From: Thermoplasmata archaeon
GTDB taxonomy: Archaea; Thermoplasmatota; Thermoplasmata; Lutacidiplasmatales; UBA184
NCBI GenBank assembly: GCA_022749895.1
Contig: JAKIWS010000005.1
Span: forward strand, 8,827-72,826
Direction: 5' to 3'
Length of the DNA: 64,000 bases
In this document: one piece after another, positions 1 through 8,651 of the stretch
Layout of the letters: each line of letters starts with the position of its first letter
Position numbering within the stretch: the first letter of the stretch is position 1
Notes under the pieces: generated by a model
The model's database searches: none
What the model was told of the DNA's origin: nothing
Seen by the model: the letters and a program-made list of their open reading frames with translations, nothing else
Translations under genes and position numbers: made by a program

Positions 1-3000
1 AGGCATGCGCGGGCTGATCGACGAGTATCTACTGGCCCACGGCCAATCCCCGTACCTGGGGAACGCGAACCTCGCGGTCTACAAGGTCGGGAACGCCTGG
101 CAGAACGGCAACCTCTCGCTCGTCCCGTACTACGACATCGGGACCGTCCCCTACAACGGGGCCACCGGCGTGCTCGGCAACGGGACCAGTTTCTGGGGCA
201 ACTTCGGCGTCCAGCAGGGCTGGCAGTGGCCCCCCGGTCAGAAGTTCCCCGTCAACGCGCTGGGTCAGACGAACTACGGCGATACGCTCCCCGGATGGGA
301 CTTCCCGACCGGCTGGGGCTCGATCAACGTGTACAACTTCGCGGTCGACCTGCTCAAGCTGGACACGCTGCCCGGGCAGTTCCAAACTACGAACCCCGCC
401 GGCACGTCTTGGAATCCGAGCGGTTGGGCAAATCTAGCGATGAACTCAACGTATACGATTCACGTAAACGCCAGTTCGCAAATTGCACTGTCTAACCCCC
501 ACGTTACCCTGAAGTACATGCCTGAGAACGGTCCAGTCTCGACGTTCCAGCCCGCGTTGACGGCGACGTTAACCCCTACCGCAGGCTACACCTTCACTCT
601 CGACACGTCGACCGGCGTCATCAACGGCCCCGGGACCGTCATTTTCGAGTTCGGGAACGCTTCGAACCCTACTCTTGGGTTCGCCTACTCGTGGATCTCC
701 CTTGACCTGCCGAAGACCGGCGCGCTCGTCGTCACGGTGACGCAACCGTCGAGCAGCTCGATCGTGGGCGGCTTCTCCTGGTTCAACACCGCGCTCGGGT
801 ACAACGCGCCCATCACGCTCTCCCCCGGGCTCGGCCCGAACTACGGGAACGAGTTCACCGTCCACGTCACGATGAACGGAAAGCCCGTCTACAACGTGAA
901 GGTCGACGCCACGATCGCGTCGCCCTCGTTGCTCGCCTTCTCGGGCACCCGCCTCGAGCAGGTGACGAACGGCCTCGGTAACCCGCACTGGGAGCTGCCG
1001 AAGATCGTCTCCGAGTCGTTCACGAACGTTACCGGGGACGCGTTCGTCTACACCTGGAACATGATCAAGCCGACCACGTACTTCGTCAACGCCTCCTACG
1101 GCGGCGCGACCGGGGGCACGACCTACCTGGTCACCCCGGGCCCCAACGTGGGAACTACGGACGCGTACAGCGGGAACTATTCCCAGTTCAGTACGCCGGG
1201 CTTCGTGCTTCGGGCGCTCCGCCAGGTCGTGAACGGCGCGACGATCAACGCGACCGAACCGAACGCGCTCAACCAGACCGCACTCTACAACGTGATCTAC
1301 TCGTGGAAGGGCGAACTGCTCAACGTCACGACCAACGACTGGCAGGGCAACCGGCTCTCCGGTCTCAAGGTCTGGCTGGCGACGCTCGACCTCGGGGGCG
1401 AGAACAAGTTCTATCGGTACGAGGGATCGCGCGGTCTCATGGGCGTGACGAACGTCTCCGGAACCTCCGCCATCACCGACCTGAACGGTCAGGCGCAAGT
1501 CTACGTTCCGGACAACTACAGCGCGCTGCCCTGGTTCCAGTACCCCGACGGGACGATCGCCGAGCTCGGCTTCGTCGCAGCCAGCATCCCCGGGGCGTCG
1601 AACCGGACCTTCTCCTACCAGGAGCCGTGCGCGCCCAACAACCTCGGTAACCCGAGCACCAAGATCACGTGCCAGTACAACGACTCGTATTCCCGGAACT
1701 ATACCGGGGCTCCGATCCTGGTCCTGCCGAACCCGGTCGATGCGTGGACGCAGACGCCCAACCTCGTCCAGCGGGACTTCTTCGGGAACGGGGCGAACAT
1801 CTCCTGGGGGTACGACGTGACCCTCCCGAACAACGACCCGTTCCTGACGGGGATCGGCACGGCGTGGCTGCCGGGGACCGAGCACATCACCGGCGTTCAC
1901 GCGTTCGTCGACGGGGCCCCGGCGGGCGATCTATCGCCGGGCAATCCGCCCAACTACCAGAGCTACACCGCGAACGGCAACCTGACGGGGGTCTACGCCG
2001 ACGGGATCCACACGCTCACGGTCATCGTGACCGACTCGACCGGGCACACGTTCTCGAACCGCCACACGTTCATCGTCGGGTCGATCAAGCTGACCAACCT
2101 CGGCGTGACGAGCACCTACACCGTGCTGCCGTTCAACATGACCTGGCACCTCAGCATCCCGGCCGGCCAGATCAGCAACCACACGTTCAACCAGTCGCTC
2201 CAGATCCGGTACGTGACCGGCGCCTGCGGCGGGATCATCCCCTGCCCGGAGGTCGTCAACTACTCGATCAAGATCAAGGACGGGGTCGCCGATTACCAGC
2301 AGTCGCTCAACATCACGCTGCTCAATCTGAAGCACTTCTACGCCGGGGCCGGCGAGCCTCCGCCGGGCCAGTACCAGCTGATCGTCTGGGTCACGGCGAA
2401 CCATTCGGGGAGCATCGCGACATCGATCACGTCGTACCTCGTCTTCGACTCCGTGGCGGGGACGATCAACGGGCCGACCGCGAACGAGCTTTTGCCGCAG
2501 GGGAACGTCACGATCTCCTACTCGTACTCCGGCCAGTACGTTCAGAACTCGACCCTCGAGATCTTCGCCGTGGGTGCCCCGACGATCCCCGTGTTCACCG
2601 CGCAGGCGTTCGTCCCCGGTATCGGACTGCGGGGTGGTGCCGTCCAGTGGTCGGCGGTTCAGGGCGGGGCGTACCAGATCGTGCTGAGCCTAGGTACTCC
2701 GTACCGTACGTTGAACGCCACCGAGTGGGTCAACGTCTCCGGGGGACCCGGGAACGTCTGGCTCAACCAGAGCCGGCTCGCGTCGCCGCTCATGATCGTC
2801 AATCCGGCGGTGACCGCGACGGTGCTCGCCCTCGTGGTGGGCCTCATCGGGTTGCTCCTCGGACTGTTCCTCGCGCCCGCCCTCCGCTCGCGTCCAAGCG
2901 GGAGTGCGGTCGCCGCGCCGCCGCGTCCGTGGGAGGAGAGTTCCTCCTCGCCCGGCGGGCCGAGCGGCCCCACCGGTCCGCCGCGGTATGCGTGCTCGAC

Positions 3001-3073
3001 GTGCAAGGAGGAGTTCGAGACCTCCTACGCGCTCGCGCAGCACCGGAAGATCGTTCACGGGATCGACGAGTAG
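1..3073 (+). CDS. Giant cell-surface glycoprotein-like protein (5' partial). Beta-rich extracellular region with many N-x-S/T sequons, then a C-terminal TM helix and a cytoplasmic C2H2 zinc finger.
   Basis: The ORF is open from the window edge to the stop at 3071-3073. The protein is dense in N-glycosylation sequons. Hydrophobic helix AVTATVLALVVGLIGLLLGLFLAPAL. The tail YACSTCKEEFETSYALAQHRKIVHG fits C-X2-C-X12-H-X4-H. It shares a G-x-Y-Q-[LFV]-[TI]-[VA]-W motif domain with the protein at 8652-10256. Confidence 0.6.
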   Translation, partial: GMRGLIDEYLLAHGQSPYLGNANLAVYKVGNAWQNGNLSLVPYYDIGTVPYNGATGVLGNGTSFWGNFGVQQGWQWPPGQKFPVNALGQTNYGDTLPGWDFPTGWGSINVYNFAVDLLKLDTLPGQFQTTNPAGTSWNPSGWANLAMNSTYTIHVNASSQIALSNPHVTLKYMPENGPVSTFQPALTATLTPTAGYTFTLDTSTGVINGPGTVIFEFGNASNPTLGFAYSWISLDLPKTGALVVTVTQPSSSSIVGGFSWFNTALGYNAPITLSPGLGPNYGNEFTVHVTMNGKPVYNVKVDATIASPSLLAFSGTRLEQVTNGLGNPHWELPKIVSESFTNVTGDAFVYTWNMIKPTTYFVNASYGGATGGTTYLVTPGPNVGTTDAYSGNYSQFSTPGFVLRALRQVVNGATINATEPNALNQTALYNVIYSWKGELLNVTTNDWQGNRLSGLKVWLATLDLGGENKFYRYEGSRGLMGVTNVSGTSAITDLNGQAQVYVPDNYSALPWFQYPDGTIAELGFVAASIPGASNRTFSYQEPCAPNNLGNPSTKITCQYNDSYSRNYTGAPILVLPNPVDAWTQTPNLVQRDFFGNGANISWGYDVTLPNNDPFLTGIGTAWLPGTEHITGVHAFVDGAPAGDLSPGNPPNYQSYTANGNLTGVYADGIHTLTVIVTDSTGHTFSNRHTFIVGSIKLTNLGVTSTYTVLPFNMTWHLSIPAGQISNHTFNQSLQIRYVTGACGGIIPCPEVVNYSIKIKDGVADYQQSLNITLLNLKHFYAGAGEPPPGQYQLIVWVTANHSGSIATSITSYLVFDSVAGTINGPTANELLPQGNVTISYSYSGQYVQNSTLEIFAVGAPTIPVFTAQAFVPGIGLRGGAVQWSAVQGGAYQIVLSLGTPYRTLNATEWVNVSGGPGNVWLNQSRLASPLMIVNPAVTATVLALVVGLIGLLLGLFLAPALRSRPSGSAVAAPPRPWEESSSSPGGPSGPTGPPRYACSTCKEEFETSYALAQHRKIVHGIDE

Positions 3074-3267
3074 GCCCGAGCTCCGACGGACCGAGCCCCC
3101 CCGGTTTCGGGCGGGCGGTGCGCGGTCAGCGCCCCGTGGACTCGAACGTGAGCTCCGGGTCGCATCCCGGTCTTACCCCCGAGGTCCGGTGTTATCGGCC
3201 CACCGCCGAAATATTTCGCTATTATAACTGACTCAGCTTAAAAGGGGGGAAACGGGGTCGGAGCGAT

Positions 3268-6200
3268 GTGAACGCCCACATTCGCCCCACCGTTGTTCCC
3301 CGAGCGCCGCGCCGATGGCTCGTCCTCCCACTCCTCGTGGCCATCCTTGCGATCACCGTGGTCGGGTCGGTCCCCGCCCTCGGCCGACCTCTCGCGACGG
3401 CCGTCCATCTTCCCACCGCGAACGGACCCGCCTCGGCCGGGGCCGCGCACGCGGCGATCACGGCCGCCCGCGCCTCGCTGGCGTCGGGTCAGGGACCTGC
3501 CGGGCTCCCCGTGCTCTACTCCGGCTCGCCGGCAACCCCGTGGACGCCCGCCTTCCAGCCCAACGTGGCCCCGTCGGCCCGCGCCGCCCTGGCGATGGCG
3601 TACGACCCGAGCGGTCCGTACGTGGTCGCTTTCGGCGGCGGGTGGAACGGCGGGACCTCGACCAACGACACGTGGGTGTTCGCGAACAACTCGTGGACCA
3701 ACATCTCGGCGACGCTCACGACCGCGCCGGGTCCGCGCGAAACCCCGATGATGGCGTACGATGCGGCCGACGGCTATCTCCTCCTGTTCGGGGGGTACAC
3801 GGGCAAGAACCCGAATTCGACCGGTTCCTACACCCTCAACGACACTTGGAAGTTCACGGCCGGGGCGTGGACGAACATCTCCACGTTCTCGTCATCCGCG
3901 CCCTCCCCCCGGTTCGCCGCGGCGATGACGTACGACTACACCGACGGCTACGCGGTGCTGTTCGGCGGGAACACGCTGTTCGGACCGCCCCTGAACGACA
4001 CCTGGACGTTCCACGCCGGAGCCTGGACGAACGTCTCCGCGACCGCCGGGACGGCACCGGCCGGTCGGGACTTCGCCGCGATGGCGGACGACCCGTTCGA
4101 CGGCTACGCCCTCCTGTTCGGCGGCTGGAACTCGACCAGCTCCGCGCTCTACAACGACACCTGGACGTTCGCGGGGGGGCACTGGGGCGCGCTCGCGACG
4201 ACCGTGCAGCCGGTGCCGCTGCGCGGGGAGAGCCTCGCGTACGACGCTTCGCACCACCAGGTGATTCTGTTCGGCGGGGCGGCAGCCGGCCTCGGTGGGC
4301 CGTTCTACCCCCAGGCGCAGACCTGGAGCTTTGCCGGCGGGGTGTGGACCGACCTCACCGCGACGATCGCGAGTCCCCCCCCGGCACGCTACCTGGCCGC
4401 GCTGACCAACGTCTCCGCGAACGGCTCGCTGCTGATGGCGGACGGATGCCTCGGGCAGGGCTGCGCGAACTTCCTCGACCTCTCCGATAGCTGGCTCTTC
4501 AACGCCTCGGGACCCGTGGCGCGGCCCTGGATCGAGGTCGGCGCGGTCGTCCAACCGTCCGAACGGGCGACCCCGGGGATGGTCTACGACGCCGCGGACC
4601 ACTACGTCCTCTACTTCGGCGGCGGGTGGAACGGCGGAACCTCCACGAACGATACCTGGGTGTACGCGAACCACACGTGGAGCAACATCAGCGCGAACGT
4701 GACGACCGCCCCCGCGGCCCGCGAGGACCCGGCGATGACGTACGACGCCCTGGACGGCTACGTGCTCCTGTTCGGTGGATACAGCGCGACGGGTGGCTAC
4801 GGCTCCCCGTCGTACACCCAGAACGACACGTGGACGTTCCACGCCGGGGTCTGGACGAACATCACGGCCTCCTCGCCCACCCACCCGTCCGCGCGCTTTG
4901 CGTCGGTCATGACCTACGACTACAACGACGGCTACGCCGTCCTGTTCAGCGGGAACGTGCTCTTCGGTGGCCCGATCGAGGACACCTGGACGTTCCACGC
5001 CGGGGTCTGGACGGACGTGACCGCGACGGCGGGAGCGCCCCCTGCAGGCCGCGACTTTGCGTCGATGACCGACGACCCGGCCGACGGGTACGTGCTCTTG
5101 TTCGGCGGGTGGAATTCGTCGATCGCCACCGTCTACAACGACACGTGGACGTTCGCCGCCGGGAAGTGGGCGCCGCTCACCCCCGCGGTCTCCCCGATGC
5201 CGATCCGCGGCGCGAACGTCGCGTTCGAGACCGTCGGGAACTACGTCCTCCTGTACGGCGGCCTCACCTACAGCGGCTACGGTTGGCCGTTCGGCTTCGT
5301 CACGGAGACGTGGGCGTTCAAGGCCGGGAACTGGACCAACCTGACGCCGATGATCACGACCGAGCCGCCCCCCCGCATGCTCGGCGGGATCACCAACATC
5401 TCCGGTACCGGGGAGATCGTGATGGCGGACGGCTGCATCTACCAGGGCTGCCCGGTCAACGAGGACCTCGCGGACACGTGGATCTACAACTGGACGAACA
5501 TCAACGGCACGTTCACGTCGCTCGCGCCGGTCGTGCTGCACCAGTCGGCGAAGTTCGCGGTCCACGTCTTCGGCGGCGACGGGGCCTATTCGTACCGGTA
5601 CTCCGGCCTTCCCGGCGGATGCACCTCCGCGAACGTCGCCGTGTTGAACTGCGTCCCGGCCTACGGGGGCAACTACACGATCGTGGCGCAGGTCACCGAC
5701 CGCGCCGGCAAGATGCTCGACCTCCGCCTGAACCTCACCCTCGGGGTCATGCCCCGCTCGCTCGCGCTGAGCGCCTCGGTCCCGGTGCTCGACGTGGGAC
5801 AGTCGGTGACGCTGAGCGCCGTGGCCGGTGGAGGCGCGGGTGCGCCGTGGACGTACGCGTTCACCGGGTTGCCGCCGGGCTGTGCGAGCGCGAACGTCGC
5901 GTCCCTCAGCTGCTCGCCGACGCAGGGCGGGAGCTACACCGTGACGGCGACCGCGACCGACGCCCAGGGTGGGCCGGTCCGCTCGGTCGTCGGCTTGGTC
6001 GTCCACCCGCCGGTGCGCGTCGCCGCGACGGTCTCCGCGGCGACGTTCGACCTCACGGAGTTCGTGACGATGACCGCCGCCGCCAGCCAGGGGTCGTCGG
6101 TCTACACCTACCTCTGGTCGAACCTTCCGACCGGTTGCCAGGCGGGCGCCACGACGACGACGCTCCAGTGCAAGCCGGCAACGGCCGGGACGTTCGCGAC

Positions 6201-6792
6201 CACGCTCCAAGCGACCGACTCCCTCGGGGAATCGGCGGTGACGGCGCCGATCGCCCTCACGGTGAACCCGCTCCCCGGGGTGCAGCTCGCGGCCCCGGTG
6301 GTCTCCACCTCCGACCCGCTCTCGGCAACGCTCGCCGCGCAGACGACGGGCGGGACCGGTCCGTACGCGGTCGCGTGGAACTTCGGCGACGGTCAGGCGG
6401 GTTCCGGGCCCTCGGTCGTCCACATCTACGCGGCCGGCGGCACCTACACCGTGGCCGTGTCGGTGACCGATGCGCGCGGGTTCGTCGCCTCGAGCAGCCA
6501 GAGCGTCACGGTGCAGGCGAGCCAGTCGAACTCACCGCCCCCGAACCACCCGACCGCGACGCACGGGGCGACGCCCTGGTTCGCGACGTTCGCGGGGATG
6601 TTCGGACTCGGCCTCGTGATCGGACTCGTGGCGCTGGCCGTCGTGGTCGTCTGGGGCGCCCGCCGTCGGCGGACGCTCCTCGAAGCCGAGCAGCTCGTGA
6701 CGGCGATCCCGCTCGTCGTGGAAGGTCCCCCAGGGGCCCCCACGATGGGCCCGGCCACGCCGAGCGGACCGTCCCCCCCACCGAAGGTTTAG
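3268..6792 (+). CDS. Large surface protein with a tandemly duplicated Kelch-like beta-propeller region, a PKD domain and a C-terminal membrane anchor.
   Basis: GTG start with an N-terminal signal/TM (WLVLPLLVAILAITVVG). Kelch-type units such as YDxxDGYxLLFGG and NDTW recur. PKD motif WNFGDGQAGSGPSVVHIYAAGGTYTVAVSVTD near the C-terminus. TM FAGMFGLGLVIGLVALAVVVVW followed by RRRR. Many N-x-S/T sequons. Confidence 0.65.
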   Translation: MNAHIRPTVVPRAPRRWLVLPLLVAILAITVVGSVPALGRPLATAVHLPTANGPASAGAAHAAITAARASLASGQGPAGLPVLYSGSPATPWTPAFQPNVAPSARAALAMAYDPSGPYVVAFGGGWNGGTSTNDTWVFANNSWTNISATLTTAPGPRETPMMAYDAADGYLLLFGGYTGKNPNSTGSYTLNDTWKFTAGAWTNISTFSSSAPSPRFAAAMTYDYTDGYAVLFGGNTLFGPPLNDTWTFHAGAWTNVSATAGTAPAGRDFAAMADDPFDGYALLFGGWNSTSSALYNDTWTFAGGHWGALATTVQPVPLRGESLAYDASHHQVILFGGAAAGLGGPFYPQAQTWSFAGGVWTDLTATIASPPPARYLAALTNVSANGSLLMADGCLGQGCANFLDLSDSWLFNASGPVARPWIEVGAVVQPSERATPGMVYDAADHYVLYFGGGWNGGTSTNDTWVYANHTWSNISANVTTAPAAREDPAMTYDALDGYVLLFGGYSATGGYGSPSYTQNDTWTFHAGVWTNITASSPTHPSARFASVMTYDYNDGYAVLFSGNVLFGGPIEDTWTFHAGVWTDVTATAGAPPAGRDFASMTDDPADGYVLLFGGWNSSIATVYNDTWTFAAGKWAPLTPAVSPMPIRGANVAFETVGNYVLLYGGLTYSGYGWPFGFVTETWAFKAGNWTNLTPMITTEPPPRMLGGITNISGTGEIVMADGCIYQGCPVNEDLADTWIYNWTNINGTFTSLAPVVLHQSAKFAVHVFGGDGAYSYRYSGLPGGCTSANVAVLNCVPAYGGNYTIVAQVTDRAGKMLDLRLNLTLGVMPRSLALSASVPVLDVGQSVTLSAVAGGGAGAPWTYAFTGLPPGCASANVASLSCSPTQGGSYTVTATATDAQGGPVRSVVGLVVHPPVRVAATVSAATFDLTEFVTMTAAASQGSSVYTYLWSNLPTGCQAGATTTTLQCKPATAGTFATTLQATDSLGESAVTAPIALTVNPLPGVQLAAPVVSTSDPLSATLAAQTTGGTGPYAVAWNFGDGQAGSGPSVVHIYAAGGTYTVAVSVTDARGFVASSSQSVTVQASQSNSPPPNHPTATHGATPWFATFAGMFGLGLVIGLVALAVVVVWGARRRRTLLEAEQLVTAIPLVVEGPPGAPTMGPATPSGPSPPPKV
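3571..5540. repeat. Internal tandem duplication of about 0.98 kb per unit inside the Kelch-repeat gene (two copies of a whole propeller module).
   Basis: Protein residues about 102-429 and 430-757 align end to end (AMAYDPSGPYVVAFGGGWNGGTSTNDTWVFANNSW versus MVYDAADHYVLYFGGGWNGGTSTNDTWVYANHTW). The DNA is also clearly similar, for example ttcggcggcgggtggaacggcgg.acctc.ac.aacga. Confidence 0.6.
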
Positions 6793-6891
6793 GAGCCACC
6801 GAGGTCTCTCGAGCCTGGGGGGGATGGGATCTCGCCCACCGCATGGGAGTTCTGGGCCGGCCTCGCCGCGGGGCTGGCCCTCGCCGCCGGG

Positions 6892-7479
6892 GTGTACGGC
6901 GCTCTCCGATGGCAGTTCGCCCGGCTTCGGCGCCGGCTTGCGGCGTCGACGCCGGCGCTCGGTGCGACGCGGGGGGCCGGCGCGCCTTCCGCGCCGAGTC
7001 CCTCGCCCCCCGACGATCTAATCGAGCCGGTTGAGGCTCCGGCATCCCGAAACGTCGGAGGAATCCCCCCGACCCCGGCCGCCGCGCCATCCCTGATACC
7101 GGCGGTCCGGCTATCCCGACGCATCCTCGGCCATCTGGCGCGGCTCGGCGATTTCGGGCAGGACCCGTCGCGGGCCGCCGCCGCCACGCAACGGGGGATG
7201 GGGGACGCGCTCGGGGTGACCCAGGGGGCGCTCTCGAGCGTCCTGCGCCGGCTCGAGGATGCGGGCGCCATCGTCTCGGAGAAGGCGCATGTCCGGGGCC
7301 ACGAGCGACGCGTGAAGGTCTACGTGCTCACCCCCCGTGGACAGAAGCTGTGGGCGGCCGTGCCGCCCGATCTACGGAACGGCAGCGTCGCCGTCGAACT
7401 TTCCACCGCCCCGCCGTCGATGAAGCGCGCCCGTCTGTCCACCGAACCGCTCGCTCCGATGGTCGAGCGGCGTCGCTGA
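6892..7479 (+). CDS. Winged-helix (MarR/PadR-like) transcriptional regulator.
   Basis: The central segment GMGDALGVTQGALSSVLRRLEDAGAIVSEKAHVRGHERRVKVYVLTPRGQKL looks like a wHTH recognition helix plus wing. The start is uncertain; GTG at 6889 is possible. Confidence 0.45.
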   Translation: MYGALRWQFARLRRRLAASTPALGATRGAGAPSAPSPSPPDDLIEPVEAPASRNVGGIPPTPAAAPSLIPAVRLSRRILGHLARLGDFGQDPSRAAAATQRGMGDALGVTQGALSSVLRRLEDAGAIVSEKAHVRGHERRVKVYVLTPRGQKLWAAVPPDLRNGSVAVELSTAPPSMKRARLSTEPLAPMVERRR

Positions 7480-7492
7480 ACCCGCGGCCGGG

Positions 7493-8158
7493 CTACCCGG
7501 TCTTGGGCAGGAGGCCGAACGCCTTGCTTTCGGAGACGAGGACGAGGGGGGAGCGGCCGGTGGCCGCCGCAAAGTCCACGAAGGCGTAGCTCCAGTCGAC
7601 GTCGTCGGACGCGAGCCACCCCGCCGCCGAGAGCTTCGACCAGGCGAGAGCGAACTCCAGGCTCTGCCAACGGTACGTGTGGTCGCTGTCGTGGATGAAC
7701 AGGTCGATCGACGGGATCGACGCAAACACGGCCTCGAGGTCCCGGCGCGGTCGTCGCCGCGACAGCAGGCGAAGGTCCCACCCGGCACGCAACTCGGGAG
7801 GGATCAGCGCGCCGACATCCGGTCGGACGTCGATGGAGGTGAGCTGGCCGCCGCCGTTGCGTCGAAGGGCCTCCAGTATGAGGTAGCTCGAGTGGCCGTT
7901 GGCGACCCCGGTCTCGACGACCCGTTGGGGGGCCCGACCCCGGACGATCCCGTAGACCAGGAGCGACTCCGCGCCCGAGAAGGCGGAAACGGTCGGGTAC
8001 GGCAGCGACGACCCATACCGCTTCTTGAGCCCGTCCGACACCTCGCGGAACTCGACGACCAGTTCACCGACGCGGTCCCGGGGGAATCCCGGTATCCGGG
8101 TGAGGATCGCGGCGGCGTCCGTGCTCTGCAGCGTGGCGCGGGCGTACGACTCCATCAT
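7493..8158 (-). CDS. Class I SAM-dependent O-methyltransferase (family 3 / TylF-CmcI-like).
   Basis: VETGVANGHSSYLILEAL with a GGQLTSID SAM-binding fold and a DSDH motif. Start chosen at the internal MMESYA. The longer ORF up to 8545 is probably an upstream read-through of the frame. Confidence 0.6.
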   Translation of the reverse strand: MMESYARATLQSTDAAAILTRIPGFPRDRVGELVVEFREVSDGLKKRYGSSLPYPTVSAFSGAESLLVYGIVRGRAPQRVVETGVANGHSSYLILEALRRNGGGQLTSIDVRPDVGALIPPELRAGWDLRLLSRRRPRRDLEAVFASIPSIDLFIHDSDHTYRWQSLEFALAWSKLSAAGWLASDDVDWSYAFVDFAAATGRSPLVLVSESKAFGLLPKTG

Positions 8159-8651
8159 CCGGGGCGCGACGAACCGGTGGGCGAGACGGCGCACCGCGCC
8201 GGCGTAGCGGTCGGCGACGTAACTCCGCCCGACCTCCCAGACGCCCTCTTGACGCAGGCGCTCACGAACGGTGGAGCGGCGCGGAGCGTTCGGAGGGGGC
8301 GAATTCGCCAACCGTTGGGACCTCCGAAAGCTGAGGTCCGCCTCCCGGTCGAGGACGAGAAGGGCCGGTATATGGCCTGCGCGGCGGGGCGACGCCCGGC
8401 GGGGAGCTCTCGAGGGCGAACGACGCGAAAGTCGAAGACCTTGCCTCGTTCCGATCGTTTCAGCGTCGCCGGATTGAGAGAGGCGCGACGCTCGGCGGAG
8501 GAAGCGCACCCAAAGATGGTGCGTCCGAGTGTGACGAATCCACATCCCTTCGAACGTCGGAGGTAGGTGCCGACGCGGAGGCGCGTCGCCCCGGTTATTC
8601 TTCGCCGGAGCGGAGCTTCGCCCGAGAGCCGTGTTCCGCGAGATTTAAGTA

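Noticed and set aside
3125-3200. A possible minus-strand tRNA suggested by a GGACTCGAACG (T-loop-like TTCGAGTCC) motif after the first gene.
   Set aside because: I could not build an acceptor, D-arm and anticodon cloverleaf around it by hand. Only a short CCGGG/CCCGG hairpin is present. It should still be run through tRNAscan-SE.
569-3231. ORFs of 443 aa (-) and 520 aa (+, 1669-3231) inside the first giant gene.
   Set aside because: These are shadow ORFs. The frame starting at 5 carries the coherent sequon-rich protein with a TM and a zinc finger.
3892-7034. ORFs of 843 aa (-) and 802 aa (+, 4626-7034) overlapping the Kelch/PKD gene.
   Set aside because: They are out-of-frame or antisense shadows. 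The translations are Arg/Pro/Gly strings without motifs.
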